From the NCBI RefSeq assembly GCF_964194155.1, contig NC_135888.1:108500001-108564000 (forward strand): DNA of 64,000 nt. Reading direction: 5' to 3'. A program made the position numbers and the translations under genes. How positions within the stretch are numbered: the stretch's first letter is position 1; every line of letters starts with the position of its first letter. This stretch comes from Cetorhinus maximus (Eukaryota). Shown one piece after another: positions 37,641 to 51,800 of this stretch. Under the pieces are notes generated by a model, which did not search any database, was not told the DNA's origin, and saw nothing but the letters and a program-made list of their open reading frames with translations.

Positions 37641-37669
37641 TGCAATGTGAAGCTGCAATGCGAGTATGC

Positions 37670-38830
37670 CAGGGCTGTCCTCACACATGTCGTCGTCATC
37701 ATCCTCCATGAATCTTGTGGCTATTAGGGTCCCACGAACACGCCTGCCTCGGCTTACTGCTGCGATGGCCTCATCGCCAGCATCCTCATCTTCCAGGACC
37801 TTGTCACCCTATCCCCTTTGACATCCTCCTCATCGGAAATATGCAGCTCTTTCATCTCCTCAGCCAGGTCCTTGCACCGCTGCAGCGCCAGGTTTTGTAG
37901 CGAGCAACAAGTTACGATGATGCATGACACCCTCTGGGGACTGTGCTGCTGTGCTCCACCGGGCCTGTTGATGCACTGGAACCATGTTTTTAAGATTTCA
38001 ACCATGTGCTTCACCAAAGTCTGGGTTGCAGCATGAGCCTCATTGTACCGTCTCTCTGCTGCAGACTGAGGCCTCCGCACAGGTGTCATCGGCCATGTCC
38101 TCTGTGGATAGCCCTTGTGCCTGAGAAGCCAAGTCTTCAGCCTGTGTGGACCCTGGAAGATGTCAGGGAACTGAGACCTGCAGAAGATGTAGGAGTTGTG
38201 CATGCTCTTGCGGTATCGTGCGCAGACCTGCATGATGCATTTGTTGTGGTTGCACATCAGCTGAACATTAAGCGAGTGGAAGCCCTTTCGGTTCACATAC
38301 TAGACTGTTTGTTGCCATGGAGATCTAAGTGCCACGTGAGTGCAGTCGATGGCCCCTGCGCCTGTGGAAACCAGAGAATGCCACAAATCCCAGCGCTCTT
38401 GCTTCCTGGCTTGCCTGATCCCGGGTGAAATGTACAAAGTTTTGTGCCTTCCTCTGAGTGCACAGAGGGTGTCTGTGACCTCCAGGATGCACTTGCGGGT
38501 GGCGGCTTGTGAGATCCTGCACAGATCACCTGTGGAGCCTTGGAAGGAGCCACTGGCAAAAAAATTGAGTGCCGCAGTCACTTTCACTGCCATTAGCAGT
38601 GGATGCCCTCCAAGTCCCTGTGGCCCCAAATCCTGCAGAAAGTGGTATATGTGACTGATCAGTTCCCTGGACATGCACATTCTTTGGTGACACTGTTTCT
38701 CTCTCATCTGCAGGAATGACAAGCGCCGTCTATAGACCTTGAGTCTATCGAAGCACCTACGAGTGACGGCTCGCTGTAGACCTTCAGCTGCGTGTGCAAG
38801 AGGCTCTGCTGCACTTTCATCTTATTAAGT
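37670..38830 (-). pseudogene. HARBI1-like transposase pseudogene (H2)
   Basis: VKVTAALNFFASGSFQ, GAIDCTHVAL, NRKGFHSLNVQ, KGYP, IIVTCCSLQN. Frameshifted. Confidence 0.9.
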
Positions 38831-39624
38831 TGCTGGCTCCGACTGCACCTTAAGGCCCTTTCACCCACGCCATAGAGTGTTGGCCATCTCTTGGGTGGCC
38901 AGTGTTTAGAGCGCTTCATGGCTGTCCAAAACCCCACCAGCCTCTGCCCCACTGTACTTGACTGATTGGCGGTAGTGTCGACCACTCGACTGCATGTTAT
39001 GCTCTCAGCTCAGGCGCAGGCATTCTCCTAACCCGTACTGCAAAGCTGCACTTTTAGCTTGAACCATGATGGCTACTGGCCCAAATCTGAATAAATACAT
39101 TGCAAGGGGCTGTGAGCACCTCCATTAGTGACTGTTCCATGCCCACCTTGTGTCAGGAGATCCTACAACTTGCCAAGTCATCTAGTTGTTCTGCAGCCCC
39201 CTAAAATACACATTAATTTGCAGTCTGCGCCCGAGGGGTGAAAGGTTCTGGAGCATTTGGTGGCAATTTCAAGCTTTTGCTTTGCTTGAGTGGGCAGAAA
39301 TGCTTCAGTGGTCCAACTCCAAGCCAGTGGAGCTGCTGGAGAATGGTTCCAGCTATGGAAGAATGCTCACTTTTGACAAGCTTCTCCAAGTGTGTGGCCG
39401 CTTCCCACCCCCCACCCCCCCACCGCCCCCCAGGCCCCCCTGCCCACCCCATCCCGGCATGTACTTGTGTTCTTCCATCAGCCTGTGCTGCCGTGCCCAT
39501 CCTTACATTAAAATTAAGTTCCCAACATTGGATAATGGGAAATGCAGCCTGCCATTCAAGGGGGGAGATCACGTCCTGGATTTATGTCATTCAGAAACGT
39601 GACTGGGGCCATTTCGTGATGCCT

Positions 39625-39905
39625 GTCCTTTCAGCTGGACATAAAAGACCCCATGGTACAATTTCACAGAAGAGTGAGGGAGTTTTTCCTGGTGTTCTGG
39701 CCAATATCTATCCCTCAACCAGCATCACTGAAAACATATAATATAGTCAATTGCACAATGCAGTTTGTACAACTTTGCTATATGCAAATTAGCTGCCATG
39801 TTTTCTATGCTCCAATGTGGACATCACTTTGAAAGCATTTAATTGATTGTAAAGGATTTCCAGACATCTGAAGGTGGTATATAAATGCAAGTCTTTCTTT
39901 TCTTT
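39625..39905 (+). mobile_element. Deu-type SINE 3' half
   Basis: cctggtgttctggccaatatctatccctcaacc..tgcaaattagctgcc..tatataaatgcaagtctttctt. Confidence 0.7.
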
Positions 39906-41534
39906 ATCTACTGACACTGCTGGTGTGGATGATTGATGAATGTAGGATCTGACAAGAGTGTGGTACTTCCTGTAATTGAATAACTTGTTGATATTCACTG
40001 TCTAGACTAATACACCAATAATGGCCACTTGGTTGAGGTACTGGAAGGCTGCATGTATCCTCTGAATATATCCACACATCAGTTATGATCTTCAGGGGAT
40101 AAAGGGAGAAAACTGTGAGACATGGGGAAGGAAAGACTAGAGTTTCTTGCCAAATATAATGCTTCCCACATTTGATTAATAGATGGCAAGAACATTTAAT
40201 TTCCCATCTGAATATGTCAGCTTCTGAATAAATTTGAGCAACATTACTGAGCTTAAAATTGTCCTTTTCCCACTTAATTCCTCTGTACATGAATGTACTT
40301 ATTCAAGCATGTGCCAAAGGTTCAGTAGTTTGAACTGGCAGTTAATTCATGAGTAAGACTGACTTATAGAGTTACATAACTGAGGCCTTCAGTTATTATA
40401 AATGGTGTGAATAAAGCTTAAGCAATTCTTTAAATGGCCTCCGAACCCTAAAATTAGCCATCTTGCAATTTTCCCTTTCCTTGCTCTGTTTTTATAACTA
40501 AATTATCAGTTTTCTGTCTACAATGTTATAATGCTTTACTGGTTTACAGGAGTAGCTAAAATCCCTAGCCAGGGTTAATTAGGAAAGTCTGAAATAGCCC
40601 TTTCTATCTCCAGCATCTGCAATATTTTGCTTTTATTTTAGTTAAGAAGGTCATTGGGTGCAAATTTCAAGCCCACCTGATGCAAGCAAGTACAAGTTTA
40701 TGCTTCATCGGATTCACCAATAATACTCATTAATAATAGCATTCAAATGTAGAATTTAAAAATACAGTGCATTGCTCAGTTAGACATGGAATGTCCAGAA
40801 TGAGGGAGAAGTATATAAAAGACAATGTCATGATAGACCTGGGTATATTTTTGGTTACTTAGGAGGGTGAAGCCAACAACAGGATTTTCCCTTCAAGCAA
40901 TTAATGGATGAGTTCCACATCACCCACATCCTTTCAGGCCCAGTGATACATTGAGAGTGGCCCCAGTGGAACTACACCCCCTCAATCCCCAGAGGTTCAT
41001 TAACATATCTATGCTTTGTATTTTGTGCTCATCTCCACAGCAACAGTCAGTTCAGAGAGGTAAATGGGAGCATTCGGAGCGAAGCCCCAGGCCATCAAAT
41101 AATAGAGGAAACATGGAAGAACTTAATTCCTGGCAACTTTTAAAACCCATCTATGTGCTGCCTTTTTTATTTTGATTTTTCATTGTGTTCGATATCCTTG
41201 AAGTTAGAATTGGTTTGAAGGTTTACAGATGAGATTAATTATAGCCTGAATTGTTGCTAAATCAAAGCTATGTCACTGTTTGCACTGACACATGATACTT
41301 ATCTTTATGAGACTGAACAGTTGGCTCACAAGTGGAAAACTGGCATGTCAGTAATCATCTACCTTTTGGATGAAGACATCTATCATCTCAATGTCCTACT
41401 GTTATTTTTGCATTAAACATGTATCATTTTCATGCAGTGAAAAAAGCCTAAAACCAAGCTCACATTTTCAGAAGATATGTGATTTTGTTTCACAACATAT
41501 GTGTGAATATATTCCGATCATTATTTTCCAAAAC

Positions 41535-41821
41535 CAGGGGACATAATCTCAAAATAAGGGAAGGCCATTTAAGACTGAGATGAGGAGGAACTTCTTCACT
41601 CAGAGGGTGCTGAATCTTTAGAATTCTCTACCCCAGAGGGCTGTGGAAGCTCAATCATTGAACATGTTCAAAACAGAAATCGATAGATTTCTGGAGACTA
41701 ATGACATCAAGGGCTATGGAGATAGCGTGGGAAAGTGGCATTGAGGTAGATGATCAGCCATTATCTAATTGAATGAAGAAGACTCGATGGGCTGAATGGC
41801 CTACCCCTGTTCCTATGTTCC
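41535..41821 (+). mobile_element. CR1 3' end fragment
   Basis: KIRGRPFKTEMRRNFFTQRV followed by the gggctgaatggcct tail. Confidence 0.85.
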
Positions 41822-42060
41822 AATCAAACATACATTTGGAGTATTTTTTTTAAACTTCTAAAATAATTAAATATGGTTTCTATTTTACCTCTGAAGTTCA
41901 GAGAAAGACACCTTTGAAATGGAAGCTATTTTTGTGTCTAGTTTCTCTTCTCCTTTATGCTACCCAGAAAGTGATGATTCATATTTGACTGTGATTCCAC
42001 AGGCACTGACTGCTCTTTAGTACTCCTCACTCAAATTGCTATTCTGAGTCTAGACAATGC

Positions 42061-42243
42061 AGGGGTAACTTTACTTAACTGCTGGTTGAGAACCCTGTGG
42101 AATCGGGTGGAATGCTGGTTCTACAGTCTGCCCAATATTACCCTCCCGTGCCTTTTGAGTAAAATTGGGCAAGGTGTAAAATCAGAATTGCACCGGATCC
42201 CATCAGCTTCCTGGTTGGTGGTGGGTTAGGTTCAAATAGCTCC
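42061..42243. mobile_element. Palindromic MITE
   Basis: Internal inverted arms tgcccaatattac / gtaaaattgggca and ggaatcgggtggaat / attgcaccggatcc. Confidence 0.5.
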
Positions 42244-44437
42244 AATAGATGTCAGTAGGTTATTGATCATGGCCAAGCTTGGTTCCCTCCTCTTCAGATA
42301 TCCACACATTTGCCTTCCAGTGGCGTTCATAGATAATGATCAGAGGCAGTATGTTTTATTGACAACTTTTACCACCCATCAACCCAAAGAGTGTCCCTAT
42401 CCCAGCCCTATCTGGGATTCATTAAATCAGCATGGAACAGAGACCCAACTAAGGACCTTTCTGGTCTGACTGATTCTGTGCTGTGCTTACCTACTGATCT
42501 TAAAAATTGGGGGTGGTGGGGGTTGGGGTTTGGTGAGACAAGTGTTAACATTGTTTTTCCTGTTTGCATTTTGCTAAACAATGTCGATAATTCTATGTGT
42601 TCTGAATATATTCTGCCTAGGCACACACCAGTCTTTTATGCTTTTTAAACAATCAAGAGCCTAGTATAACTGCTGCCATAACAGCTAAGGTTGGAGAACA
42701 CAATCTCTTTTTGATATGTGTCCTTGTGTAACTACTGTAGGCAAGGAATAATGGAAGTGAAAGTTAGGGTTGGATTTTTCTCTGCAATGCTGCCCAATAT
42801 TGGATGTGATAGCTGTAAATAAGTAGTTTAAGGTTCAGTCCCTGAACAAAGACGCTCAAAGGTATTTTTGTTCTAAAGTATAAAGGCTTTATTAAGTTAC
42901 AATACACATTAACATAGAATAAGCCACTGAAATACCAACGAGCTTTAACATTAACAAAGCTTCAAACAGATCAATCTCAAATGACCTTGTGGTAACACTT
43001 GAGTGGTTCAACCTCACACTGAGAGGTTGTAACATACACAATTACAGACTCAATTTGTATAGGTTAATGGTTCTTATGGAACCTTGAAGCTGCTTTGGGC
43101 CCAATTAATTTCACTGCCTCAAGCCCAGCACCTATCTATCAAATCCTGCACACTCCACAACAAAGTATAAACAGATATTAACATTTCCCATGCCACCATT
43201 CCATGCATGTGAGATAAATATTGGAGACTTAGGCATGAAATTGGATTCCATAGTGCTGTTGATGCTTGAACTCAGAAAATGGTGGTCGGAACACTTCTGG
43301 TACAGCCGGCGCAGCACACGTTGGGTGTGCTTGGCGGCATGAGTGGACAATATGGTGAGAAGGCCAGAAATCGGTTGCACGATGTCATGAAGCCAGTTTG
43401 TGATCGTCCGCTCAGCCTATCGATAGCAGGCCATGTTTCCCATCATCGGACGTCAGGAACCTCATTGTAATGCATCTGCATATCATTATAAGGCCAGCTG
43501 CCAAAATTCTCCCCCGACGCTGGATCATCCGCCGGTAAACGCTGACGTATTTCACAACAGCACATGTAAGGCTTGCACTTGTTGGGCTGCACTTTGAGGG
43601 GAACTTGGAGGTGAATGCACAGTAACGTTGAGCAGCATTTGTCCAGGTCGTCTGTTGGACTTCAAGGTTGAGGTGCATTGGAATGGGGCGGTGGGGGAGC
43701 AAGGGATGTCCTGTGGTTGAGGTGACATGGGGGTGGGGGCGAGGGCTGTCTGGTGGTTGAAGGTAGTGCCCAAGCACATGCGGGTGGAGGGGGGGAGGTT
43801 AGGAAAGCATCATTATGGAAACGCTGTATAAAGTGACCAATCCTCTGCAGCTGAGACAGTTCAGGCACAGCCACATTGACACATGTGGAACCAGGTCTCT
43901 AGCTTATCTGCCCACTCAAGCAACGCAGAGGCATGAAAGTGCCACCAAGTGCTCCAGAGCTTTTTACCCCTTGGGCACAGACTGCAAACTAAATGAGTGT
44001 TTTAGTGGACTGCAGAACAGTTGGCAACTGGGCACATTGTACAATCTCCTTGCTAAAGCTGGCCCTGGAGCAGTCACTGGTGGAGGCGATCACAGCCCCT
44101 TGCAACGTCTTCATCCCGGTTTGAACCAGCCTCCCCCATGGTTCAAGCTAATAGTGCAGCCATGCAGCGCGGGTTATGAGAATTCCTGCACCTGAACTGA
44201 GAGCACAGCATGCACTGCAACGGGCAAAGCTGCTGCCAATCGGCCAGGTGGAGTGGGGCGGAGGTGGGTGGGGATTTGTGCATCCATGCAGTGCACTAAA
44301 CTCTGGCCATCCAAGTGGTGGTCACCACTCTTCAGGATGCGTTAAGGTGCCTTCAGACTTAAGAAAGAGAGGTTCTTAGTACACCCAAGCTAACATGAAT
44401 GTCTCTCTCATCGTGCAGGAGGGGTACATCAGGAGCA

Positions 44438-45680
44438 TGGAGCCTGGTGAACTAGCTGTATGCCTCGTGGTGTACAGTGAGTGAAGACAATGGAGAAGAG
44501 AGCGACGGAGGCGCCTGGCTGTGCAGAGGGAGGAGCAGCACCCTCAGGAAGAAGGGGCAGCTGGGGCTTCCACACACGCTGCTGAAAAGCCATAGCGAGG
44601 CGTCGTTGGTCAACGCCCAGCTAGACCCAGGGCCTATAGACACCGCCTTTCATTCCTGCAGATGACCGAGAACCAGTGTCACCGAAGACTGCACATGTCT
44701 AGGGAGCTGCTCAGTCACATCTGCCAGCTACTGCAGGATTTGGCGCTATGGGGACATGAAGGACATCTACTGCCAGTGGCTGTGAAAGTGACCGTGGTGC
44801 TCAATTTTTATGCCAATGGCTCCTTTCAGGGCTCCAAAGGTGCCCTCTGTGGGATAGCACAGGCCTCCACACGCAAATGCATCCATGAGGTCACGGATGC
44901 CATCTGCGCGAGGGCACACAACTTTGCATTTCATCCAGGACCAAGAGAGCCAGGATGCAAAAGCGATTGGATTTGTCCAGATCTTGAGTTTCCCACAGGT
45001 GCAAGGTACCATCGACTGCACTCACGTGGCGCTCAGATCTCTGTCGCAACACTTGGCCAAATATGTCAACCGCAAGGGCTTCCATTTGCTGAATGTGCAG
45101 CTGGTGTGTGGCCACCACTCACGTATCCTGCAGGTCTGAGCATGGTTTCCAGGGAGCGTCTATGACTCCTACATTCTCAGTCGGTCACAGATCCCTGACC
45201 TCTCCCAGGGTCCACAGAGGCTGCAGGGATGGCTCCTAGAGGGCAAGGGCTACCCGCAGATGATGTGGACAACACCTATACAGCGGCCTCAGACTGCAGC
45301 AGAGCAAAGGTATAACAAGGCTCATACTGCAGCTTGTAACTTGGTGGAGCAAACCATTGGGATGCTGAACATGAGGTTCCAGTGCCTGGACCGGTCGGTG
45401 GAGCCCTGCAATATAGTCCACAGAGGGTGTCACACATCGTCATCACCTGCTGCACCCTTTGCACCCTGGCGCTGCAACAGGGAGAGAAACTGGCTGAGGA
45501 GGAGATGCAGGAGCTGGAGGTCTCCTCCGATGAGGAGGACGTCGATGGTGATAAGGGTGAGGAGATCCTCAAAGATGACGATGATGGCGATAAGGCCCTT
45601 GTACTGGGCAGATGATGCAGGCACTCAGCAGGCCCTCATAGCTGCTATATATGTGAAGGATGATGACAATGTGCAGCGAG
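44438..45680 (+). pseudogene. HARBI1-like transposase pseudogene (H3)
   Basis: LPVAVKVTVVLNFYANGSFQ, GTIDCTHVAL, NRKGFHLLNVQ, VEQTIGML.MRFQCL, acidic tail. Stops and frameshifts present. Confidence 0.9.
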
Positions 45681-46379
45681 GAGACACCATGGATCCTCAC
45701 ATAGCACCTACGAACTTTTGATTCCAGTCTGGCTTATGGCAGCGCACATACCCTCTGTAACAATGCTCCTGTCATTGAGATGCAGTGAAAGCCCTAATAG
45801 TCGCTTGATTGCAGGAGGATGATAACGACATACATTAAGGACACTCCATAGATCTTCACATAGCCTCTGAGAATGTCTGACTCCTGTCTGGCCGAGGGCA
45901 GCTCACTTGCACTTTGTGATCAGGGTCATATCTTGGAGACACAGCCATGAAACTTTATCCACCTTCAGCACCCGACCCCTTCAGGAGCACAGTGTCACTG
46001 GTCACAGATGCTGAAGAGATGAGGGCCAGCCCCACCTTAAAGGTGCTGAGAGCACACAGAGAGAATGACGGAACTCTATGACGCCTTCCCACTCCATTCT
46101 AGCAGCAATGACAAGCACCATCGAGGTGCAGGCATCACTGATGTGTCCAGAGAGTGTGAAGCTGGACCATCACTTTGGTCTGAAGGCTGCACAAAGCACA
46201 GGGGAGAGGCCCTGGAATGAGACAACTGCCTTTATCTTGTGCAGAAAGGTTTCACATCAGAGTGACACAAACACTGCTCATCAGAACAAGGAGCCATAGG
46301 CAGGAAGACATTCTTGGGAGTTTATTTACAATGGTGAACATTATGTACGAGTGATTAACACCTGTGCCCAGGCTGTGAA

Positions 46380-48061
46380 ACTACAGCTTCTGCACTCTCT
46401 TAACCCTGCCGCTACATTTTGGTGCACTCTGGACATTCGCAGCAGAGGTTGAGGCAGCCTGCTGATTGATACACCCTGTCTGTGATTACTTTGGCAGGCA
46501 TCCTCTGGAGGGCTGAGACTTGGTGGGCCCCGGCCTGATTTTTGGGGTCCTGATGTGTGGCAGTGGCGCCCTCCTCGGCCCGTGGATCTGGAGCTGCTGA
46601 GGTCACAGGAAGAGGGGATTCGGATAGGCCGGACGCTCCCAGAGCCACCTGGACAGATGGCTCTGGGGTGGCACATCTGCTCATCCCCCTCGCTGTGGGT
46701 GTCTGAGGGCTCCTGGCTGATTCCTTGAGGAGAAGGGATAGCTGGAGTGAGATCAGGTTGCCCTGCACTCGTCTTACGAATACACTGTTGGAGGCCAACT
46801 ATGGCATCGGTGATGGAGTTTAGCCCGTGCAGCAGTGCAGGAGCGACGTTCTGGACCAAGGTCTCCATGGCGGCCGCCATCCTGCGCTATCACCTCAGCC
46901 TGAAGGTGGACGGACTTTTCCATCGTGCCTTGCAATCTGAGGAGAGCAGCAGACATCCCTTCTTGATGTTCCCGAGCTTGCCTTTGCAGCTCCAGCAACT
47001 GTGACATGACAGAGTCCAGAGGCTCGTCATCTGACTCGGACTCAGAAGATTCCTGGCCTCCAGCTGTCCTCCAAATGCCAGCACCATTGGATTTCCCTGC
47101 CTCCGATGTTGTGGATCAGACAGTGTGATGTGCACACAAGACTGTGACCCCGAGGCTACTCTAAAGCTAGGCTCCCCCGAAGAGTGTGTCTCTGCGCTGG
47201 TGGAGGGTGTGGGTGAGCGCTGTGATAGGACATCAAGGAGGATGCCTCCAGATTCCTCTTCAGAGGTTTCTTCGGGGCTTGCTTGGAGGTCCTAGGCCAT
47301 GGACTCCATTGGCTGTTTCCCAGATATGCCTGCGGAAGCAAGGGAAGATAATTAGTGCATGGCAGTGGCCTGTGAAACAGGGCACATCACTCTAAGCATG
47401 GTTGTCTGGTGGATATTGCACTGCTGGATCCTCACTTGGTCGAGCACCTCCAACCTCACCGTCAGCACAGGAACTGCCCAGATACTCACCGGCCAGCAGT
47501 TGCTCTGTTTTCAAAGTCACTGAGGACCTTGATTTCATGTATTCCTCCACCAGTTTATGACCTCTCCCTGCTTGTTGTGTGCCAGCTTGCCTGCATGAAT
47601 AGAAATGGAGAGAGTGTAAGCAGGACGCCTGCCAGGCCAGGTGACAAATACGCCTGGTATGTGTGGGTGGTGAGTGGTCCCATGGACAGGATGAGGACAA
47701 TGAAGGTGTGTGTATGAAAGTGAATGGTGATTCGTCTTGAACCGGCAGTGAGTGAGAGCCTGTGGATGTGTGATGGGTTTGTGAATGTGTGAGTTGAGAG
47801 TGATGAGAAGAGTGACTTACCCTGGCAGCACGGAGGAGATCATTCATTCATTTGTGGCACTGGGTAGCTGTCTTATTTTGCAGGGCACTGGCACTAACCG
47901 CTGCTGCCACCGCCTCCCATGTTGGATTGGTGATGTTGCTGCCCATCCTGTGGCCAGAGTGCGGTAGAGGACATCACGTGGGCCTCCACGGTGTCCAAAA
48001 GGCTCTCGAGGGATGCATTATTGAACCTGGGGGCTGCAGTCTTTTTGCATTTTGGGGCCAT
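46380..48061 (-). pseudogene. Three-exon Myb/SANT-like gene remnant (H3)
   Basis: MAPKCKKTAAPRFNNAS..MNDLLRAAR|gtaagt, last exon LLELQRQAREHQEGMSAALLRLQ. Confidence 0.85.
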
Positions 48062-48478
48062 GCCTTCCATGCCGCAGCCCTGGGCTCAAAGCACTAAGAG
48101 GTGTGCACACAGCTGCACCTTCAATATGGTGCCTGGCGTGATGGGGCAGCTAGATGATGGTATGGTGGGCGAATGAGACTCCACCTGCCCACCATGGAAA
48201 TGGCCTGTTTCCTGGGAATGCATAATTAATGTGGCGAGTTTGGGATGATACGGCGTGAGAAGCTAGGTAAAACGTTGATTTACCCTCCTGCCATCGCACT
48301 TAGTGCAAAGCTGGGACGATTCTGCCCACTGACTGTAAGGGCGCAAGCGTGGGTATGCCTTCTGTGAGCCAGAAACATGCAGAGTGGGCAAATTGTGACA
48401 TTAAATAGCCTCTAATGCTGATTTGATGGACAATTAGCCATTTCATACCATGCAAATCAAGTTACTACCTTTCAAACA

Positions 48479-48667
48479 AAACCAAAAAATTGCTGGAAAA
48501 ACTCAGCAGGCCCAGCAGCATCTGTGGAGAGAGAAACAGAGCTAACATTTTGAGTCCGTATGACGTTAACTCTGTTTCTCCACAGATGCCGTTCGACCTG
48601 CTGAGTTTTTTCAGAATTTTCTGTTTTTGTTTCAGATTTCCAGCATCCACAGCATTCTGCTTTTACC
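48479..48667. mobile_element. Inverted (foldback) Penelope-like fragment
   Basis: Two opposed copies of the PLE 3' block, flanked by a 12-bp TSD acctttcaaaca. Confidence 0.75.
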
Positions 48668-48804
48668 ACCTTTCAAACACCATTTCCTTCTCTCCAGCAA
48701 ATTTCAAAAGCTTTTCAATTTTTAAAACTTCTGTCTGTAGGCTTCTGGTACTAACTCGCAGGCATTGAGAGCAGCATGCTTTACTCTGTCATAGTCCCCT
48801 AATT

Positions 48805-51800
48805 TTTTTAATTATTCATTTACAGGATGTGGGCTTCGCTGGCTAGGCAAGCATTTATTGCTCATCTCTAATTGTCCTTGAGAAGATAGTGGTGAGCTGC
48901 CTTCTTGAATCGTTGCAGTCCATGTGGTGTAGTTACACCCACAGTGCTGTTGGGGAGGGAGCTCCAGGATTTTGACCCAACGACAGTGAAGGAACGGTGA
49001 TATTTTTCCATGTCAGAATAGTGACTTGGAGAGGAACTTCCAGGTGACGGTGTTCCCATCTATTTGCTGCCCTAGTCCTTCTAGATGGTAGTGGTCGTGG
49101 GTTTGGAGGGTGCTGTCGAAGGAGAATTCCTGCAGTGCATCTTGTATATGGTACACACTGCTGCCACTGTTCATTAGTGGTGGAAGGAGTGAATGTTTGT
49201 GGAAGGGCTGCCAATCAAGCAGGCTGCTTTGCCGTGGATGGTGTCAAGCTTCTTGAGTGTTGTTGGAGCTGCACGCATTCAGGCAAGTGGGGAGTATTCC
49301 ATCACTTTCCTGACTTGTGCCTTCTAGATGGTGGACAAACTTTGGCGAATCAGGAGGTGAGTTACTCACCGCAGGATTCCTAGCCTCTGACCTGTTCTTG
49401 TAGCCACAGTACTGGCTAGTCCAGTTCAGCTTCTGGTCGATGGTAACCCCTAGGATGTAGATAGTGGGGGATTCAGCGATGGTAATGCCATTGAATGTCG
49501 AAGGGCGATGGTTAGATTCTCTCTTGTTGGAGATGGTCAATGCCTGGCACTTGTGTGGTGTGAATGTTACTTGCCACTTGTCAGCCCAAGCCTGGATATT
49601 GTCCAGGTCTTGCTGCATTTGGACACGGACTGCTTCAGCATCTGAGGAGTTGCGAATGGTGCTGAACATTGTGCAATCATCAGCGAACATCCCCACTTCT
49701 GACCTTAGGATGGAGGGAAGGTCATTGATGAAGGAGCTAAAGATGGTTGAGCCTAAGGTACTACCCTGAGGAACTCCTGTAGTGATGCTCTGGAACTGAG
49801 ATGATTGACCTCTAACAACCATAACCATCTTCCTTTGTGCTAGGTATAACTTCAACCAGTGAAGAGTTTCACCCGGTTCCCATTGACACCAGCCTTGTTA
49901 GAGCTCCTTGATGCCATACTTGGTCAAAGGCTGTCTTGATGTCAAAGGAAGTCACTTTCACTTCACCTCTGGAGTACAGCTCTTTGATCCATGTTTGAAC
50001 TAAGGCTGTAATGAGGTCAGGAGCTGAGTGACCCTGGCAGAACCCAAACTGAGCGTCAGTGACCAGGTTATTGCTATGCAAGTGCTGCTTGATAGCACTG
50101 TTGATGATCCTTTCCATTACTTTATTGATGATCAAGAGTCAACTGATGGGGCAGTAATTGGCCAGGTTGGATTTGTCCTTTTTGTGTGCAGGACGTACAT
50201 GGGCAATTTTCCACATTGCCAGGTAGATGTCAGTGTTGTAGCTGTACTGAAACAGGTTGGCTGGGGGTGCAGCAAGTTCATGAATACAAGTTTTCAGTAC
50301 TATCGCCAGAATACTCTGAGGGCCCATAGCCTTTGCACTATCCATGCCTTCAGCCATTTCTAGATGTCACGTGGAGTGAGTTGTATTGGCTGAAGACTGT
50401 CATCTGTAAATCTTGGGACCGCTAGAGGAACCTGAGATGGATCAGCCACTTAGCACTTCCAGTTAAAGATTGTTGCAAATGTTTCAACCTTATCTTTTGC
50501 ACTGATATGCTGGGCTCCTCCATCATTGAGGATAGGGATATTTGTGGTGCCTCCTCCTCCAGTGAGTTGTTGAATTGTCCACCACCATTCATGACTGTAT
50601 GTGGCAGGACTGAGCAAATTAGGTCTGATCCGTTGGTTGTGGAACCGCTTAGCTTTGTCTATCACTTGCTGTTTATGTTTTTTGGCATGCAAGCAGTCCT
50701 GTGTTGTAGCTTCACCAGGTTAACACCTCATTTTTAGGTATGCCTGGTGCTGCTGCTGGCATGCCCACTTGACCTCTTCATTGAATCAGCATTGATTCCC
50801 TGGCTTGGTGGTAATTGTAGAGTGGGGAACATGCTGGACCATGAGGTTACGGATTGCTTGAGTACAATTCTGCTCCTGTTGATGACTCACAACGCCTCAT
50901 GGGTGCCCAGACTTGAGTTGCTAGATCTGTTTGAAATCTATCCTGTTTAGCATGGTGGTAGTGCCACACAAGACAATGGAGGGTATCCTCAGTGTGAAGA
51001 TGGTGCTTTGTCTCCAGAACAACTGTGCTGTGGTCACTCCCATCAATACTGTCATGGACAGATGCATCTGCAGCAGGCAGGTTGGTCAGCATGAGGTCAA
51101 GTATGCCTTTCCCTCTTGTTGGTTCCCTCACCACCTGCCACAGAACCAGTCTTTTAGGACTCAGCTAGCTTGGTCAGTAGTGGTGTTACCGAGCCAGTCT
51201 TGGTGATGGTCATTGAAGCCCCCCACCCAGAGTACATTCTGCACCCTTGCCACCCTCAGTGCCTCCTCCAAGTGGTGTTCAACATGGAGGAGCACTGGTT
51301 CATCAAGAGTGGGGTGGGCAGGGGGGGGAGGGGTATGTGGTAATCTGCAGGAGGTTTCCTTGCCCATATTTGACATGATGCCAGGAGACTTCATGGGGGC
51401 CAGAGATGTTGAGGACTCCCAGGGTAACTCCCTCCTGACTGTATACCACAGTGCCACCACCTCTGTTGGGTCTGTCCTGCCAGTTGGCCAGAACACACGC
51501 AGAGATGGTGGTGGTGGTATCTGGGTCTGGGACCTGATCTGTAAGATATGATTCCGTGAAGATGACTATGTCAGGCTGTTGTTTGATTGGCCTGTGGAAT
51601 AGCTCTCCCAATTTTGGCACGAGCCCCCAGACATTATTCAGGAGGACATTGCAGGGCTGAGATTGCTGCTGTCATTTCCTGTGCCTAGGTCGATGCTGAG
51701 TGGTCCATCTGGCTTCATACCTTTTTATTGGCTTTGTAGCGGTTTGATACAACTAGGTCATTTCAAAGGGCATTTAAGAGTCAACCACGTTAACTATGAA

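Larger units (their letters stand above)
34909..39600. mobile_element. PIF/Harbinger transposon H2 (Myb +, transposase -), right end lost
   Basis: TIR gggcggaattttccc at 34909. Inverted homologue of H1 and H3. Confidence 0.85.
43310..48327. mobile_element. PIF/Harbinger transposon H3 (transposase +, Myb -), most complete copy of the H1-H3 family
   Basis: Right TIR gggacgattctgccc at 48327. The left subterminal sequence matches H1, but the left TIR itself was not recognised. Confidence 0.85.
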
